From the NCBI GenBank assembly GCA_951406725.2, contig OX597839.1, positions 4,836,001-4,900,000 of the forward strand: 64,000 nucleotides of DNA, read 5' to 3'. Positions within the stretch are counted from its first letter, which is position 1, and every line of letters begins with the position of its first letter. A program made the position numbers and the translations under genes. The notes below the pieces were generated by a model that saw nothing but the letters and a program-made list of their open reading frames with translations, searched no databases and was not told the origin of the DNA. This DNA comes from Octopus vulgaris. Lineage: Eukaryota. Below are positions 1 to 15,007 of the stretch, piece by piece.

Positions 1-193
1 TTTATCAATGGCCAGCATATTATAAAATACCTTTAAAGGTTAAATTTATAAATAATTTATAAACAAGTGCAAAAAGAAAAAAATGTCAATGCCAAATATG
101 CCGAAATTAGACACAACGTCCATTATATATGGTTATGGACGTTGTGTCTAGTTTCGGCATATTTGGCATTGAATTTTTTTCTTTTTGCACTTG

Positions 194-249
<56 letters not shown>

Positions 250-355
250 ATTGCAGCGTGGAAGGTGTTTATAAGCCATTTAAAAAACATACAAAATCCG
301 TTAGATTCACTTCAACATTTAAATTTAATTTTTCAAAACATTTTCGCCACTTTGA

Positions 356-472
356 AACCACATGGTCATGGTTTCATGCGTGGCGTCTCGGGTAAGTGTC
401 TTTCAGTATAGCCAAGGTCCGGTTAAACCTTGTGAATGAATTTGGTTGGCGGAAACTAAAAGAAGCAGTCGT
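356..472 (+). mobile_element. Degenerate 5' half of SINE family C
   Basis: aaccacatgg...gggtaagtgtcttt...ccttgtgaatgaatttggttggcggaaactaaaagaagcagtcg aligns to the 5' half of the full copies at 48186 and 52567 and ends in (TA)n as they do. Confidence 0.7.
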
Positions 473-569
473 ATATATATACACCTAGCTAATTTATATA
501 TATATATATATATATAAATAGCTAAGATCAGTTTAATATATATATATATATATAAATAGCTAAGATCAG

Positions 570-611
<42 letters not shown>

Positions 612-614
612 GTA

Positions 615-800
615 AAATAATATGTGACAATTGTTCGGTGGCCAAGATAAAACTCTGAGTTTCGGATGCCGAGGTGGAAATCCACAATATCATCTCTTCA
701 GATGGCCAGATAACCGAAGAGATGGTGTTGTGGATTTCCACCTCGGCATCCGAAACTCAGAGTTTTATCTTGGCTACCGAATATTTGTCACAGATTATTT
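615..800. repeat. Long inverted repeat (~85-bp arms, 16-nt spacer) of a PLE-type terminus, each arm containing a hammerhead-like core
   Basis: 615-699 is the near-exact reverse complement of 716-800. Right arm (+): agataa-CCGAAGA-gatg...catcc-GAAA-ctcaga-GTT-ttatct. Left arm (-) has CTGAAGA. Flanked by (TA)n. Confidence 0.85.
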
Positions 801-871
801 AAGAGATAAATTTCCTCTATTTACATAATATTGAGGTCTCTTTCTTTCTTTTGTTATCTTACCATTTTTTA

Positions 872-990
<119 letters not shown>

Positions 991-1221
991 TATACAAATT
1001 AGAGACAAAACCACTATTATGCAAATCAAACTATAAATTGGATTCAATCCTAAATCTGATTTTTCCCTGTAAGTTTGGATTTATTCCCTAATATTTATTA
1101 TTATATGTTTATATATATATATACATGCATACATACATATATACACACACTCACAAAGAAGGAAAGAGTGCAGTAGAAAGAGAGCTAAATATGTACATTT
1201 AGAAATAAGATAAAGCTTCTT

Positions 1222-1390
1222 TCATCCATCCATCCATCCATCCATCTATCTTTCCATCCATCCATCCATCCATCCACCCATCCATTTATACATACATACA
1301 TACATACATATAGTCATATATACATTGATACATAGATAGATATATAGATAGCTACATACATACATACATACATACATACATACATACAGC
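1222..1390. repeat. (CCAT)n followed by (ACAT)n tetranucleotide repeats
   Basis: Directly visible. Confidence 0.9.
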
Positions 1391-1576
1391 ATTAGCTATA
1401 CATGTGCATAGATGGATAGATAGGCAGATATACATTTAAAGATAATGGAAAATCACTATGTATCTATCTATATTTCGTTCTATATGTCACTTTATATAGT
1501 TGCTTAAATATATGTTGATACCATATGTACATATATTTGTATGTATGTATGCAGAAAGGTGTGTCTGTCTTTCTGA

Positions 1577-1626
<50 letters not shown>

Positions 1627-2017
1627 ATATATATATAGAGAAAGAGAGATGCATATGCATATATATATATTTATATGTAGATATATGTAAGTGTGTATGT
1701 ATTTATGTATTGATATACGCATTATATATAAGGGGGAACCGAAATGAGTAGAGTGAGGTGAGTCAGTTAACAGAAGGACTATTAATATGCGATATATTTA
1801 TATACCTTTACTTTCATCTAAAAGAAACTATTGAGTTATCTATTCTTTCCTAAACTGCTATAAAGTTCTTTTCTGTTTTTTGTTTTTTTCCCAGTTTCAC
1901 ATTTGTTTTTCTATACGACTTTATGAGGTTTTCTTGCCACAAATGCATAACCCACGCACAGGCAAACACGGATTCCAGCAGCATTAAAAGAACAAACATA
2001 CTTACACGAACTCATAG

Positions 2018-2056
<39 letters not shown>

Positions 2057-2692
2057 CGATAGAAATACACAGGGGCACATTTTTTATTCATATACACACA
2101 AACATATATATATATATATATACATACGGCTGTATGTATGTTTAATACACTCGTATGTTTACAAGGTATATGGAAAAACTTTGGTCTCAATTTGGGAGCG
2201 ATAAATCGCTTTACTTAACGTCAATTCATGAGTTTTCGGGAGGTATATACGTTAGTAGTGTATTACAAAACGCTTCTTTACCTTCAACCAAACAGAAATT
2301 TTATAGTCCTTACTTAAATTACGACATTCAAAGAATGAATGAATAGAATAATGAAAGAACGAATGAATGAAAGAGTTCATTTTTTTCTTCGTTATGGTAT
2401 TTTATTATTTTTTTTATTTCAATGGAATATAACAAGTTATTAATATTGACGTTAAAAGAAAACCCAAACTTGAAAGTATGATTAAATATGGAGTCACAGA
2501 TTGCGTTATAGAGAAGAGCATTACGGGATTGGCCAATTCAATAGAGCGTAGGATAAAATGCTAGCTGTATAAAATTGCGTTCTGTGTTCAAATACTAGCG
2601 AAGTTAGACACGGGTTTTATTAGTTCTGGGGCGATGAAAGGAAGCACAGTGGCATCCGGTTTCATACCCGTTGATGATATAAACTAATTAAG

Positions 2693-2921
2693 GCGGCGAG
2701 CTGGCAGAAACGGTAGCACGCCGGGCGAAATGCTTAGCAGTATTTCGTCTGCCGTTACGTTCTGAGTTCAATTTCCGCCAAGGTTGACATTGCCTTTCAT
2801 CCTTTCGAGGTCGATAAATTAAGTACCAGTTACGCTCTGGGGTCTATAAAATCGACTTAATCCCTTTGTCTGTCCTTGTTTGTCCCCTCTGTGTTTAGCC
2901 CCTTGTGGGTAGTAAAGAAAT
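2693..2921 (+). mobile_element. SINE family A, full length, 16-bp TSD
   Basis: ggcggcgagctggcagaa...gagttcaa (Pol III A/B-box-like) ...gcctttcatcctttcgaggtcgataaattaagtacc...gtaaagaaata. TSD atataaactaattaag at 2677-2692 and 2922-2937. More than 10 related copies in the window. Confidence 0.92.
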
Positions 2922-2954
2922 ATATAAACTAATTAAGTGTGTGGGGTTCACTAA

Positions 2955-3220
2955 CTTGCCCAGGCTCTCAATCATGAGGTAGTGAGTTCGATTCCCGGAT
3001 CAGGTTGCGTGTTGTGTTCTTGAGCAAGACACTTTATTTCACGTTGCTCAGCTATAAAAATGAATTGCGGCGTTACTGGTGCCAAGCTGTATAAATTTTT
3101 GCCATTCCCTTGGATAACATCAGTGGCGTGGTGAGGCTAAGCTGGTATACATGAGTGAGTACTGGTCTTCAAAAAACAACCTTGCTTGGACTTGTGCCTC
3201 GTTGGGGAACTTTCTAACTT
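2955..3220 (+). mobile_element. SINE family D, degenerate
   Basis: B-box gagttcgattccc followed by gttcttgagcaagacactttatttcacgttgc. Matches the reverse complement of 59057-59356. Confidence 0.75.
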
Positions 3221-3282
3221 GCCCAAGATCGAACCTCGACGAGGATTATTAGTGAAGCGTTTTGTTATAATTAGTAACATTT

Positions 3283-3730
3283 AAGGTGACAAGCTGACAG
3301 AATCGTTAGCACATCGGGCAAAATACTTATTGGTATTTCGTCTACTGTTATGTTCTGAGTTCAAATTCCGCCGAGGTCGACTTTACTTTTTATCCTTTCG
3401 GGTCGATTAAATAAGTACCAGTTACGCACTGGGGTCGATATAATCGACTTAATCCATTTGTCCTTGTTTGTCCCTTCTATGTCTAGCCCCTTGAGGGCAA
3501 TAAAGAAATAAGAATCGTTAGCACATCGGGCGAAATACGTAGCCGTATTTCGTCTGCCGTTACGCTCTGAGTTCAAATTCCACCGAGGTCGACTTTGCCT
3601 TTCATCCTTTTGGGGTGGATAAATTAAGTACCAGTTACGCACTGGGGTCGATATAATCGACTTAATCCGTTTGCCTGTCCTTGTTTGTCCCCTCTATGTT
3701 TAGCCCCTTGTGGACAATAAAGAAATAAGA
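3283..3730 (+). mobile_element. SINE family A head-to-tail dimer
   Basis: Two consecutive copies (3283-3510, 3511-3730). The second starts at agaatcgttagc. Both carry the variant cacatcggg. Confidence 0.9.
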
Positions 3731-4418
3731 AACGAGTTGTACCTTTTTTTCAAAGGGTCAACCTTGTTACTTTTTTAACAACTGATCAAAGAATAATTAG
3801 ACACAACGTCTTCTCTGCGTATCCCGTCTTAGGTGACTAACTGAGGTTGGGGTAGAATTTGAACTCCGACCTCGTAAAATGCGTCGTTTTGGACTGGTGC
3901 AAAGTAAAATAAAGGGCACAATACGCTGCGCTAACCACTAAACCTCGCGCTTATATTGTGTACCTAAAAAAATGGAATTTAATATTTGTCCTTTCTTTGA
4001 TTTAGTTGAGGTCTTTTACGTGAAGTTATTTGGTTAGTACATCTAGGAAGATGTCCACGTAAAGAACAAAAACTCCCTTGTTGGTCCTTAAACATTCATC
4101 GCTAAAACAAAACTTAAATAATTTATTTTAAGTTAATAAAAGCTTAAATCCTTCATAAATTTATAGTTTCAAAGAGACACGCTACTATTTTTGTTTTAGC
4201 TAAAATTTTTAGTTCATTTTCTTCGAAGGAAATTACGAAACATTAATTAAAAAAATACCAATGATTTATTAAGACATCTCAGAGCTGTTTATTTCCACTT
4301 TGTTCCGTTAGGATCACATATCTCAATTCAGCAAAGTCATTATTATGAACAGAATATTGTATCATAAACGTAAAAATTGACACAAACCCACAGCCATGAT
4401 AATCAATATCGTCGCCGC

Positions 4419-4462
<44 letters not shown>

Positions 4463-4598
4463 TAATAATAATGATAATGATAACAATAATAATAATAATA
4501 ATAATAATGATGATGATGATGATGATGATAATAATAATAATAATAATGATAACAATAATAATAATAATGATGATGATGATGATGATAATAATAATAAT
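4419..4598. repeat. (AAT)n/(GAT)n compound microsatellite
   Basis: Directly visible. Confidence 0.95.
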
Positions 4599-4692
4599 AA
4601 ACTTCCAACTTGTTGTCTCTTGAGGTCTCTGGGTGAGACTTGGAGCCAACTTGTACAGACATAAAGCAAAAGTCAAACAATAATAATAATAA
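4599..4692 (+). mobile_element. Probable 5'-truncated 3' end of a (TAA)n-associated LINE (Dong/R4-like)
   Basis: Short complex island acttccaacttgttgtctcttgaggtctctgggtgagacttgg...aaaagtcaaaca inside (TAA)n and ending in (AAT)n. Family assignment is from recollection, with no second copy here. Confidence 0.4.
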
Positions 4693-4711
4693 AAAATAAT
4701 GATTATAACAA

Positions 4712-5270
4712 TAAATGCCCTGATCCAGTACCAGGCAGTGGCTCTCATGGCTTCTGATCTTAACTGATTGGAAGTGTTATCATGTACATTGTTTTGTCTT
4801 GGTGTAAAAGATGGGCTACAGCAAACATTCTGCTCCATACCACAGATATGCTTGTCAGTTGTTTAACCTTAACCAGTTGAGCATGTCCCTTAGTGGCTGA
4901 CGATATGTGCATCTCTGATCACGAGCAGAAGCAGTGGGGGAGCATCATAGCCATGTGTTGAGAGGGATTCTTTGGGCTATGAATAATTCACCCCTGGAAA
5001 CATGGGTGTTTCGTTCAACATCCTTAAACAACCCTTATTCAGGGACCTTTTGAGCGGGATGGGTTACTCGCCTAGAAGAAAATTCTAATTGGGTCCCATC
5101 TGCAAGGTCATGTGCTGTTTATCTTGATCTGAGATCACCATGTTCCGCACATATGTTTGTGATGCATGTGCCTAGTGTACCCTTATCAGACGGGTAGTCA
5201 TGATGGGTATAATGGGCTTCGTTTATTTTACCCCAGTGTCACTTTGATGGCATGAACTGCTCTCTCACTC
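4712..5270. mobile_element. Unclassified ~560-bp interspersed element within (AAT)n
   Basis: Sharp-edged, GC-richer non-coding island flanked on both sides by AAT repeats. Single copy in the window; no ORF recognised. Confidence 0.45.
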
Positions 5271-5314
<44 letters not shown>

Positions 5315-5677
5315 GAATAGACCAAGTAACAACCCACCGGTGACTGAGAAGTACAGGACTAAGAGTAAAGGATGAAGGTTTCATATTGGCGACACAAAAT
5401 TAATGCTTGCTTACAAAAAACTACCTGGCTAGCAGATATAAGAATATTTATTTATCAGTTCGTAACGGCCCACAGTATGAGAATGAGAAGAGAATGAGGC
5501 TGTGGATGAGGGAGATGAGGGAGTTGAGGAGAAGGACAACGACGAAGACTACGCTGGCGATGAGGAGGAGGTGGAGTAAGAGAAGTAGGCTGAGTTGGAG
5601 GAGGAGGAGAAGAGTCGATGTTGTGGTGAACAAGCAAAGTCATTCCGTCAATGATAATGGAGAGTAAATGATTGCGC

Positions 5678-5888
5678 AGAAGAAGAAGATGATGATGAAG
5701 AAGATGAATAATAATAATAATAATACGAAGATGATGAAGAAGACGAAGAATAAGAAGAAGACGAAGAAGAAGAAGACGAAGAAGAAGAAGAAGAAGAAGA
5801 AGAAGAAGAAGAAGAAGAAGAAGATGATGATGAAGAGGATGAATAATAATAATAATAATAATAATAAGAAGAAGAAGAAGAAGAAGAA
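5678..5888. repeat. (GAA)n/(AAT)n compound microsatellite
   Basis: Directly visible. Confidence 0.95.
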
Positions 5889-6067
5889 AACACTGATGAC
5901 TTACAACACTGAAACAGAAAATTGGGGACCCTGTAACCAGTAAAAGAATCACAAAGATCACGAATTGAAAACCAATCAGCAATGAGAGCACCAGCAGCAA
6001 AAACAGTGGTTTGTCTGTCATCAAATCAGCAGCGACTGCAGCAGCACGAGCAGCAGCAGCAACAGCA

Positions 6068-6440
6068 GTGGAGGCGCAATGGCCCAGTGGTTAGGGCAGC
6101 GGACTCACGGTCGGAGGATCACGGTTTCGATTCCTAGACCGGGCGTTGTGTGTGTGTGTTTATTGAGCGAAAACACCTAAAGCTCCACGAGACTCCGGCA
6201 GGGGGTGTTGTTGGCGACCCCTGTTGTACTCTTTCGCTCCAATTTTCTCTCACTCTTTCTTCCTGTTTCTTGTCCCCACTTCTTGCGCAACCGCTGAGCC
6301 TGGATGCGCATTCATCCATCCGTCGATGCTCTCGGTGTCGGGGGTTGACCTGCTTTATCTTCTGCGGGTCTTACGAATAGCAAAGGACCACGTTTCGGAC
6401 TTCTCCCACTAGGACGAAGACCGCTACGTTCAACAACAAC
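6068..6440 (+). mobile_element. SINE family B with tail type 1, ending in (CAA)n
   Basis: tRNA-like head gtggaggcgcaatggcccagtggttaggg...ggtttcgattcc shared with 26902, 27841, 34442, 37174 and 44427. Distinct 3' part. Possible TSD caacagca. Confidence 0.9.
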
Positions 6441-6641
6441 AGCAACAATAACAGCAACAACAGCCTCAGTAGTAATATCCAAATTATTATCGACACTAAA
6501 AGATCTATCCTACAATATTTGTTTTATACTTACTTATCAATGCTTTCGTTGATTCACTGGGTTCAGATTAATTTTTTTTAAAAGCAGATGACCATTTTTT
6601 ATATTCAACTCCAAATAGTGGAGAGTCTCTTAGTTTTCCAG

Positions 6642-6673
<32 letters not shown>

Positions 6674-6702
6674 CATATATATATATACATATATATATAT
6701 AC

Positions 6703-6753
<51 letters not shown>

Positions 6754-6763
6754 CATATATATT

Positions 6764-6803
<40 letters not shown>

Positions 6804-6961
6804 CATATATATACATATATATATACATATATATATTTATATATATATATATACATATATATACATATATATATACATATATATATTTATACATATATAT
6901 ATTTATATATATATATATACATATATATATTTATATATATATATACATATACACACATATT

Positions 6962-6997
<36 letters not shown>

Positions 6998-7104
6998 TAT
7001 ATATATATATACACACATATTTATACATATATATATATATATACACACACATTTATACATATATATATATATATACACACACATTTATACATATATATAT
7101 ATAT

Positions 7105-7145
<41 letters not shown>

Positions 7146-7160
7146 TATACATATATATAT
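6642..7160. repeat. (TA)n/(TACA) compound microsatellite
   Basis: Directly visible. Confidence 0.97.
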
Positions 7161-7525
7161 CTGTGTGTGTGTATGAATAATTCTATTGATTTGTTTATAT
7201 TTTTTCTACCGTGATACTTGCAGTGTAGTTTTAAAAAAGAAAAAAAAACATCTCCTGAATAGTATATATCGGGTGCATCATATTTTTTTCTGAATTATCT
7301 GAAAAATACCCCAACTAAATAAACAAAAAAAAAGCAACGACAGAAAAATACACCCTTTCACACATACAAGTAATCACACCCATGAAAATATATGTTTAAC
7401 TATGTATAAATATATATGTATGTGTGTGTGTGTGTGCATATGTGTGTGTGTGTGTGCGCGCGTGTGTATTTGTGTTCATGTACAGATATATGTATAAACA
7501 GAAAACACACATACAGATACACACA

Positions 7526-7561
<36 letters not shown>

Positions 7562-7591
7562 TGTATATATATTTACTCTTATCGCCTTCTC

Positions 7592-7622
<31 letters not shown>

Positions 7623-8094
7623 ATGTGTATAGACAGAGATATGCGAATGTATATTTAAGTACATTAGTATTAAAAATATATATGCGCGTGTAGGCGTGTA
7701 TCTGGATGTATATATGACATATGATACACATACATACATATATATATACACATATATACATATATATATATATACATATATACATATATATATACACACA
7801 CACAAACATACACACACACACATATATACAGGGAGGAGAGAGAAATATAGAGAAATGTACTTGCATATTGATATACGTGGGAACGTAGAGAAATGAAAAA
7901 TTTCACATAACAATATTGTTTTATGCATATATATACACCCACATATATATACATATATATATATGCATATATATATATATATGTATACATATACATATAT
8001 ATATATTTATTGTGCACATATGTATATATATATATATATGTGTGTGTGTGTATTTGGGTTTGTATGTATATGACTGTCAATGCGTTTTTGTTTG

Positions 8095-8125
<31 letters not shown>

Positions 8126-8369
8126 TATAAACACAAACATTCGTATCGATCCTTTCATACATATATATCCCTGCTGGTTGGGTTCATTACTTTAAAAAAA
8201 AAATGCCGCCTTTGTCTCTTTTCTAGGCATTGTCTCTTGTTTGTCTTCATGTTGATGTTGATGTTAGAGTCTTTATAGTCGTATAAAAGTTATGACGCAT
8301 TTTCAATTATTATCCACATTGTACATATGGATTAAAAGCAAACCCAACTTTTCTATTTATTATCATCGC

Positions 8370-8424
<55 letters not shown>

Positions 8425-9514
8425 GGTGTTATAGTTTTTTATTTCCATACTCTAAAGTAGAACTTAAAACGACGCACGGTAAAAGCGAATATCAAAACGA
8501 AATGGCTGCAAAAACGATAAAACAAATCGAAATGTAGCGAAATAGCAATGAAAAGAACCCTCCCCGCTATACAGAGAGGAGAAAAAAACAGAAAACAAAG
8601 GGTAAAAAAGGTAATATAATAACGGTGAATTATAATAACTACAACCAAAACGAAAACGAAAGGGTAAGATATACACACACACACATATACACACATATAC
8701 ACGCATACACGCATACAAAATATGTCGGTTTATTTATCTATTTTTTTTTTTTCAAAATGCCCGCCTTTGTAGAAATATTAATAAACTGTTATATTTCCTC
8801 TTAACTTTTCTGTTCCTATGTAATAAACAGCTGAAAGCTATCGTAGGAGGGAAGGAGTAAGAGAGAAGTAGGGAGGAGCAGACGGAGTGAGAGAGAGAAA
8901 GAGAAGGAGATAGAGATAGAGAGAGAGAGAGAGAGACAGAGGAGGGAGAATGAGGGGGAGACAAGGCGGGAGAGAGAAAGCGGTACAAGGAGAAAATGTG
9001 AGAGGAAAATTGCTAGATTATAATTTAGTAACCAGAAAACATTGCCTGAAAGAAACGGCTCGTATACACTCGGGCTCACTCATTCTTCTAAATACACACG
9101 CATACATATATAGATACCTACATATATACACGCAAACAAACATACACATACATGCAAACACATACAAACATACATAGATAGGCATATATATAACTTAGCA
9201 TAAAACTATATGTATATGTGTGTATGCATATCTTGAATCAAATAACTTGCATATACGATAAAAGCTGTTGGTCTCCGATTTAATATATGTGTTTGTACCT
9301 GCCTCTTTAGGAAGGGGTATGATCTGTGCTGATAGCGATTTACACACATACATATATACATACACACACACATATACATATATACAAATATCTATATATG
9401 TATATGTATAAAGTATAAAATATGTGTATATAGTATAAAATGTGTGTATGTGTGTTTATTATTCTATGTGTGTGTCAATATATAAACGCATACAAACAGA
9501 CACACACATATACA

Positions 9515-9558
<44 letters not shown>

Positions 9559-9785
9559 TGTGTGTGTATACATATTTATGTGCATACTTATATGAATTCA
9601 CCTAAGTGTTGACAACGTTTGCTGAGCTATTTTATCGTACAATGTAATACAGAGTTTTAAGCCATTTTAAATGAGGGCGAACCAGACTGCATTTGCGATG
9701 TTTCAAAAACGAAAAACGGTGTTACATTACATTAAAATGGATGTGTACCAATTCCTTAAAGGCATATGTACACACCCACACCCAC

Positions 9786-9831
<46 letters not shown>

Positions 9832-9913
9832 GTGTGTGTGTATATGCACATATATACACACATATGTATGTTCATATGCACATGTATATATGTATATAAC
9901 TATATACATACAT

Positions 9914-9952
<39 letters not shown>

Positions 9953-10165
9953 TGCATATAAATAAATATAAGTGTATATATTGATATTATATATATAATA
10001 AATGTACATACGTTTGTAAATATAAGCATATATATATATATATACATATCCTCACACACACACATATATGCATATATATAGATACATGCATATATACATA
10101 GGTGCATATATATATACATATACCTGTATAGATGAATATATATAATTATACATATTCATATATAA

Positions 10166-10215
<50 letters not shown>

Positions 10216-10562
10216 ATATGAATACACATATATGTGTGTATACAAATATATAAACAGGTATTTCTGTGCATAACAGAAATCCTCCACACTCACATGTATA
10301 CATATGTAGATTGTTTACGGGTACATACAGCATACACGTACGTGTACAGACACACACACCCTACGCGCGTATGTATACGCGTTTGTGTGTATATATATGT
10401 ATGTGCATACCTGCCTTGTGTTGGAGTATACGTGCATCCGTATTCCCAGGACCTATTGAAGTGTTATGGCCATATGCTTTATCGATTTCCCATTCCATTC
10501 TCTATATGAAAGGAATACGTTTTAGCGAAGGCAAGAGAAAGAAAATTGATAGCTGAATACTG

Positions 10563-10748
10563 ACAACAACAACAACAACAACTACTACTACTACTGCTAC
10601 AGCTACTACTACTACTACTACTGCAAGAACAAGCACATTTGCAACAATTGCAGCAACAAGTAATGGTACTGATGATGATGATGATGATGAGAATAATAAC
10701 AAATACAACAACCGCAGCAAGAGAAGCAACAACAACAACAACAACAAC

Positions 10749-10780
<32 letters not shown>

Positions 10781-10922
10781 TAATAATAATAATGATAACA
10801 ATAATAATAATAATAGTAGTAACAACAACAACAATAATAAAAATAATAACAATAATAATAATGATAATAATAATAATAATAATAATGATAACAATAATAA
10901 TAATAATAGTAGTAACAACAAC

Positions 10923-10969
<47 letters not shown>

Positions 10970-11230
10970 CAATAGTAATAATAATAATAATACAGTGACA
11001 GGGAAGCACAATATTAGCAATGACAACACTAACAACAATATTAACAAAAGCAAACGCAAGAATATCATGAACAGCAAGAAGAACAATATTATGAATACTA
11101 CTATAACTACTACTTACGATAACAACAACAAAGCAACAACAACACTAATAGTAATAATAACGACAATAATAATAATGATAATAATAATAACAATAATAAT
11201 AATAATATAATAATAATAATAATAATGATG

Positions 11231-11291
<61 letters not shown>

Positions 11292-12117
11292 TGATATGGA
11301 GGAGGAGGGAAAACTGAGGATCATCATAGAGATGATGATGATGATAGATATGATGTTGATATTAATAACAGCAACAATGCGACAACAACAACAATAATAA
11401 TAACAATTATAGTAGTAGTAGTAGTAAAAACGATAGTAACAATAACAACGACTACAGCAACAACAACAACAACAACAATAATGAGGTAGAAGAGGCGGAG
11501 AAGCTGAAAGGGAGGATGATGATAGTGATGATGCTGGTATTAACAACAACAACAACAAAACAACAGCAAAAATAATATTTCTAGTAGTAGTAGTAGTAGT
11601 AGTAGTTGTATAAATAATTGTAACAACAACACCAATAGTGATGATGGTGATGATAACGACGATATTGATGATGATGATGATGATGATGATTATGATGATG
11701 ATGATGATGATAACAGTATCCGTGAAAGTAAGCTTGCTAATAATATGAATTATGAAAGTATGACATCAACAACTGCAGCGAGAGCAACAACAACAACAAC
11801 AACGATAACATCAATAATAACAACAACAACAACAACAATAATGATAAAAACAAGAACAACAACAACAACAACAACAATAACAACAAAAATAATAATAATA
11901 ATAATGATAATAATAATAATAACAATAACAACAACAACAACAATAATAACAACAATAATAACAATATTAATAATAATAATAGTGACTTAAAAAAACCCAT
12001 AAATAATAATAATAATAATATTATTATTAATAGGTCTACGCGGGCAATAAGATCAACAATAGAAACAGCAACAGGAGTAACGTCATCAACAACAACAACA
12101 ACAACAACAACAACAAA

Positions 12118-12155
<38 letters not shown>

Positions 12156-12170
12156 TAATAATAATAATTG
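10563..12170. repeat. Large trinucleotide microsatellite field (AAC, CTA, AAT, GAT, TAG)
   Basis: About 1.6 kb of interleaved triplet repeats; source of the poly-I/L/T ORFs. Confidence 0.95.
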
Positions 12171-12387
12171 TGACATAATAAAACCCATAAATAATATTGA
12201 TAATAATACTGAAGGTATTAACAAAAACAGCATTATGTGTGTGGAGTAGTCATAATAATGCTAATGACTGAGGAATGAGAATTTCCCCCCCCCTTTTTTT
12301 TTTTCAACGATGAAGAAGTTTCGAAGAATAAAATAGTTTGAATAACAGGGACGAAGAAGACGATGACGAAGGGAGATAACAGGGGAA

Positions 12388-12426
<39 letters not shown>

Positions 12427-12464
12427 TACATATATATCTAACAATCAATCTATATGTATATGTG

Positions 12465-12505
<41 letters not shown>

Positions 12506-12570
12506 ATACATATATACATATATACATATATATATATATATATGCGTACATATATATCTAACAATCTATC

Positions 12571-12650
<80 letters not shown>

Positions 12651-12696
12651 TACATATATATATGCATACATATATATATAACAATCTATCTATCTA

Positions 12697-12742
<46 letters not shown>

Positions 12743-12982
12743 TATATATATATATATGGTAGAAATAAAGAAAGTGACAAAGTAATATGAATAAAATATA
12801 TAAAGTAATAAGATAAATAATAATGTGAAGAAATAAGATAACATAATAGAAATGTTATAAATAAAAAATATATATAAAAAATAGCAAAAAAATATATGTA
12901 AACAAACGAATAAATAACGATTGTAAAGATGCTAAATAGGAACTAAAATTTTACAATGAAGAAAGCAACAACAGTAATACCA

Positions 12983-13046
<64 letters not shown>

Positions 13047-13114
13047 TAATAATGACTGTAATAGCAAGCATGATGGTGATGATGATGATAATAACAATAA
13101 TAATAATGACAATA

Positions 13115-13174
<60 letters not shown>

Positions 13175-13534
13175 TGATAGTAATAACAATATTCATAATA
13201 ATAATAAAATGGCGGCGGAAACGAAGGGATAAAAACTAATGAATAAATATAAATAAAACAAAAAATTCTCGCTTCGTTCCAATGATTTACTTGAAATAAA
13301 AATGGAGGGAGAAAAAAAAAAGCGGCAAGTAAGTCGATAGTGAAAGTAAATGTGAAACAGAAAGGCAAAATAAAAAAAAAAAACTACCAAAAAAAAAGAT
13401 GTAAAAGAAACGAAAACAAATATGAATGTAGCAAGACGGGAGAAATAAATGAAAATGGAGGTGGAAGGAAATAATGAAAGAGTGCGCAGGTGTGAGGAAT
13501 ACAGACCCCCCCCCATATATATGCATATAGAAGC

Positions 13535-13604
<70 letters not shown>

Positions 13605-13810
13605 TTGTATTGATATATAAATAGACAGATATGCACGTATATGCACACAGGTATTTTATTACATTTTATTACATACATGTACATGTGTATAAGACATGCA
13701 TATAAAGATACACATACCTGTACACACATACATTAGATTTATAAACGTATGATAGACACACTCACGCGTTCGTATACATGCACACGCACATATGAATAAA
13801 TGTGACTACA

Positions 13811-13848
<38 letters not shown>

Positions 13849-14020
13849 TACATATGTACATAATAATTCTATATATGTATATGTGTGTGTATGTATATGT
13901 ATGCTTGCTGAACACACTTGTGTGCAAAAGCGGATGAGGATTGAGAGGATGGTGATCGACGAAAAATGAGGGGGGAGAGCGAGTATATGTGACCATGTAG
14001 AATAGTCGGGAAGATGATAG

Positions 14021-14051
<31 letters not shown>

Positions 14052-14658
14052 AATGATGATGATTATGACGACGATAGAAATGAGGATGAAGACGAAGCCC
14101 ATGATGATGATGACAATGAGGATGATGAGGAGAAAGCGAGAAGGATGGTGACTGTAATGTCAATGTGTTTTGATAGAATTATACTCGCATACAAGAAGGA
14201 ACCAGAGAGGGTGAGAGAGAGGGAGAAAGAGAGAGAGAAACAGAAAAGGAGAGAGGCAGAGGGAGAGAGAGAGAGAGAAACAGAAAAGGAGAGAGACAGC
14301 ATAAAAAGAGAATAAAACCCAGAGGATTGAAACTGTGACGCGTGGAGAAAGAAAGAGGGAAGAAAGAGAGCTGTCGTCGGGAAGAAATAAAGAATAAGGA
14401 AAGAAAGGAATAATGGAGAAGAAGGAAATTAAGGAAATAGATGAAAGAGTTGTGTTTTTTTAGGAATAAAAAAAAAATGAGTAAAAATAAGCGGGAATTT
14501 TTACGAAATAACTGAAATGATGACAAGAAAGAGATGAAGGGGAGAAGATGAAAAAAAGGAAAAGAAAAAAGAAAGGAAAAGATGAAAATAACAAAGAGAA
14601 GAAAAAGTAGAGAGAACTGTTGAATATAAAGAGTGTCATAAAGAACAAGGGCTGTGGG

Positions 14659-14728
14659 ACTGCTGCTGCTGCTGCTACTACTACTACTACCACTACTGCT
14701 GCTGCTGCTGCTACTACTACTGCTGCTA

Positions 14729-14760
<32 letters not shown>

Positions 14761-14803
14761 ACTACTACTACTGCTACTACTGCTACTACTACTACTGCTG
14801 CTG

Positions 14804-14865
<62 letters not shown>

Positions 14866-14968
14866 GCTGCTGATGTTATTACTGCTACTACTTCTCTCAT
14901 TGCTATTACTGCTAGTAATAACAATAATAATGATAATAACAATATTAACAATAGTATTAATGGTGGTG

Positions 14969-15007
<39 letters not shown>

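Noticed and set aside
5893-5925. CTGATGA...GAAAC hammerhead-like words on the + strand
   Set aside because: No stem II pairing and no stem III/NUH site.
6068-6140. tRNA gene-like sequence, also at the other family B heads
   Set aside because: A/B boxes are present, but there is no complete cloverleaf or acceptor stem and each continues into a shared SINE body.
13206-13218. YY1/Pho consensus aaaatggcggcg, with similar words at 19763-19771
   Set aside because: Isolated short motifs with no other promoter evidence or adjacent gene.
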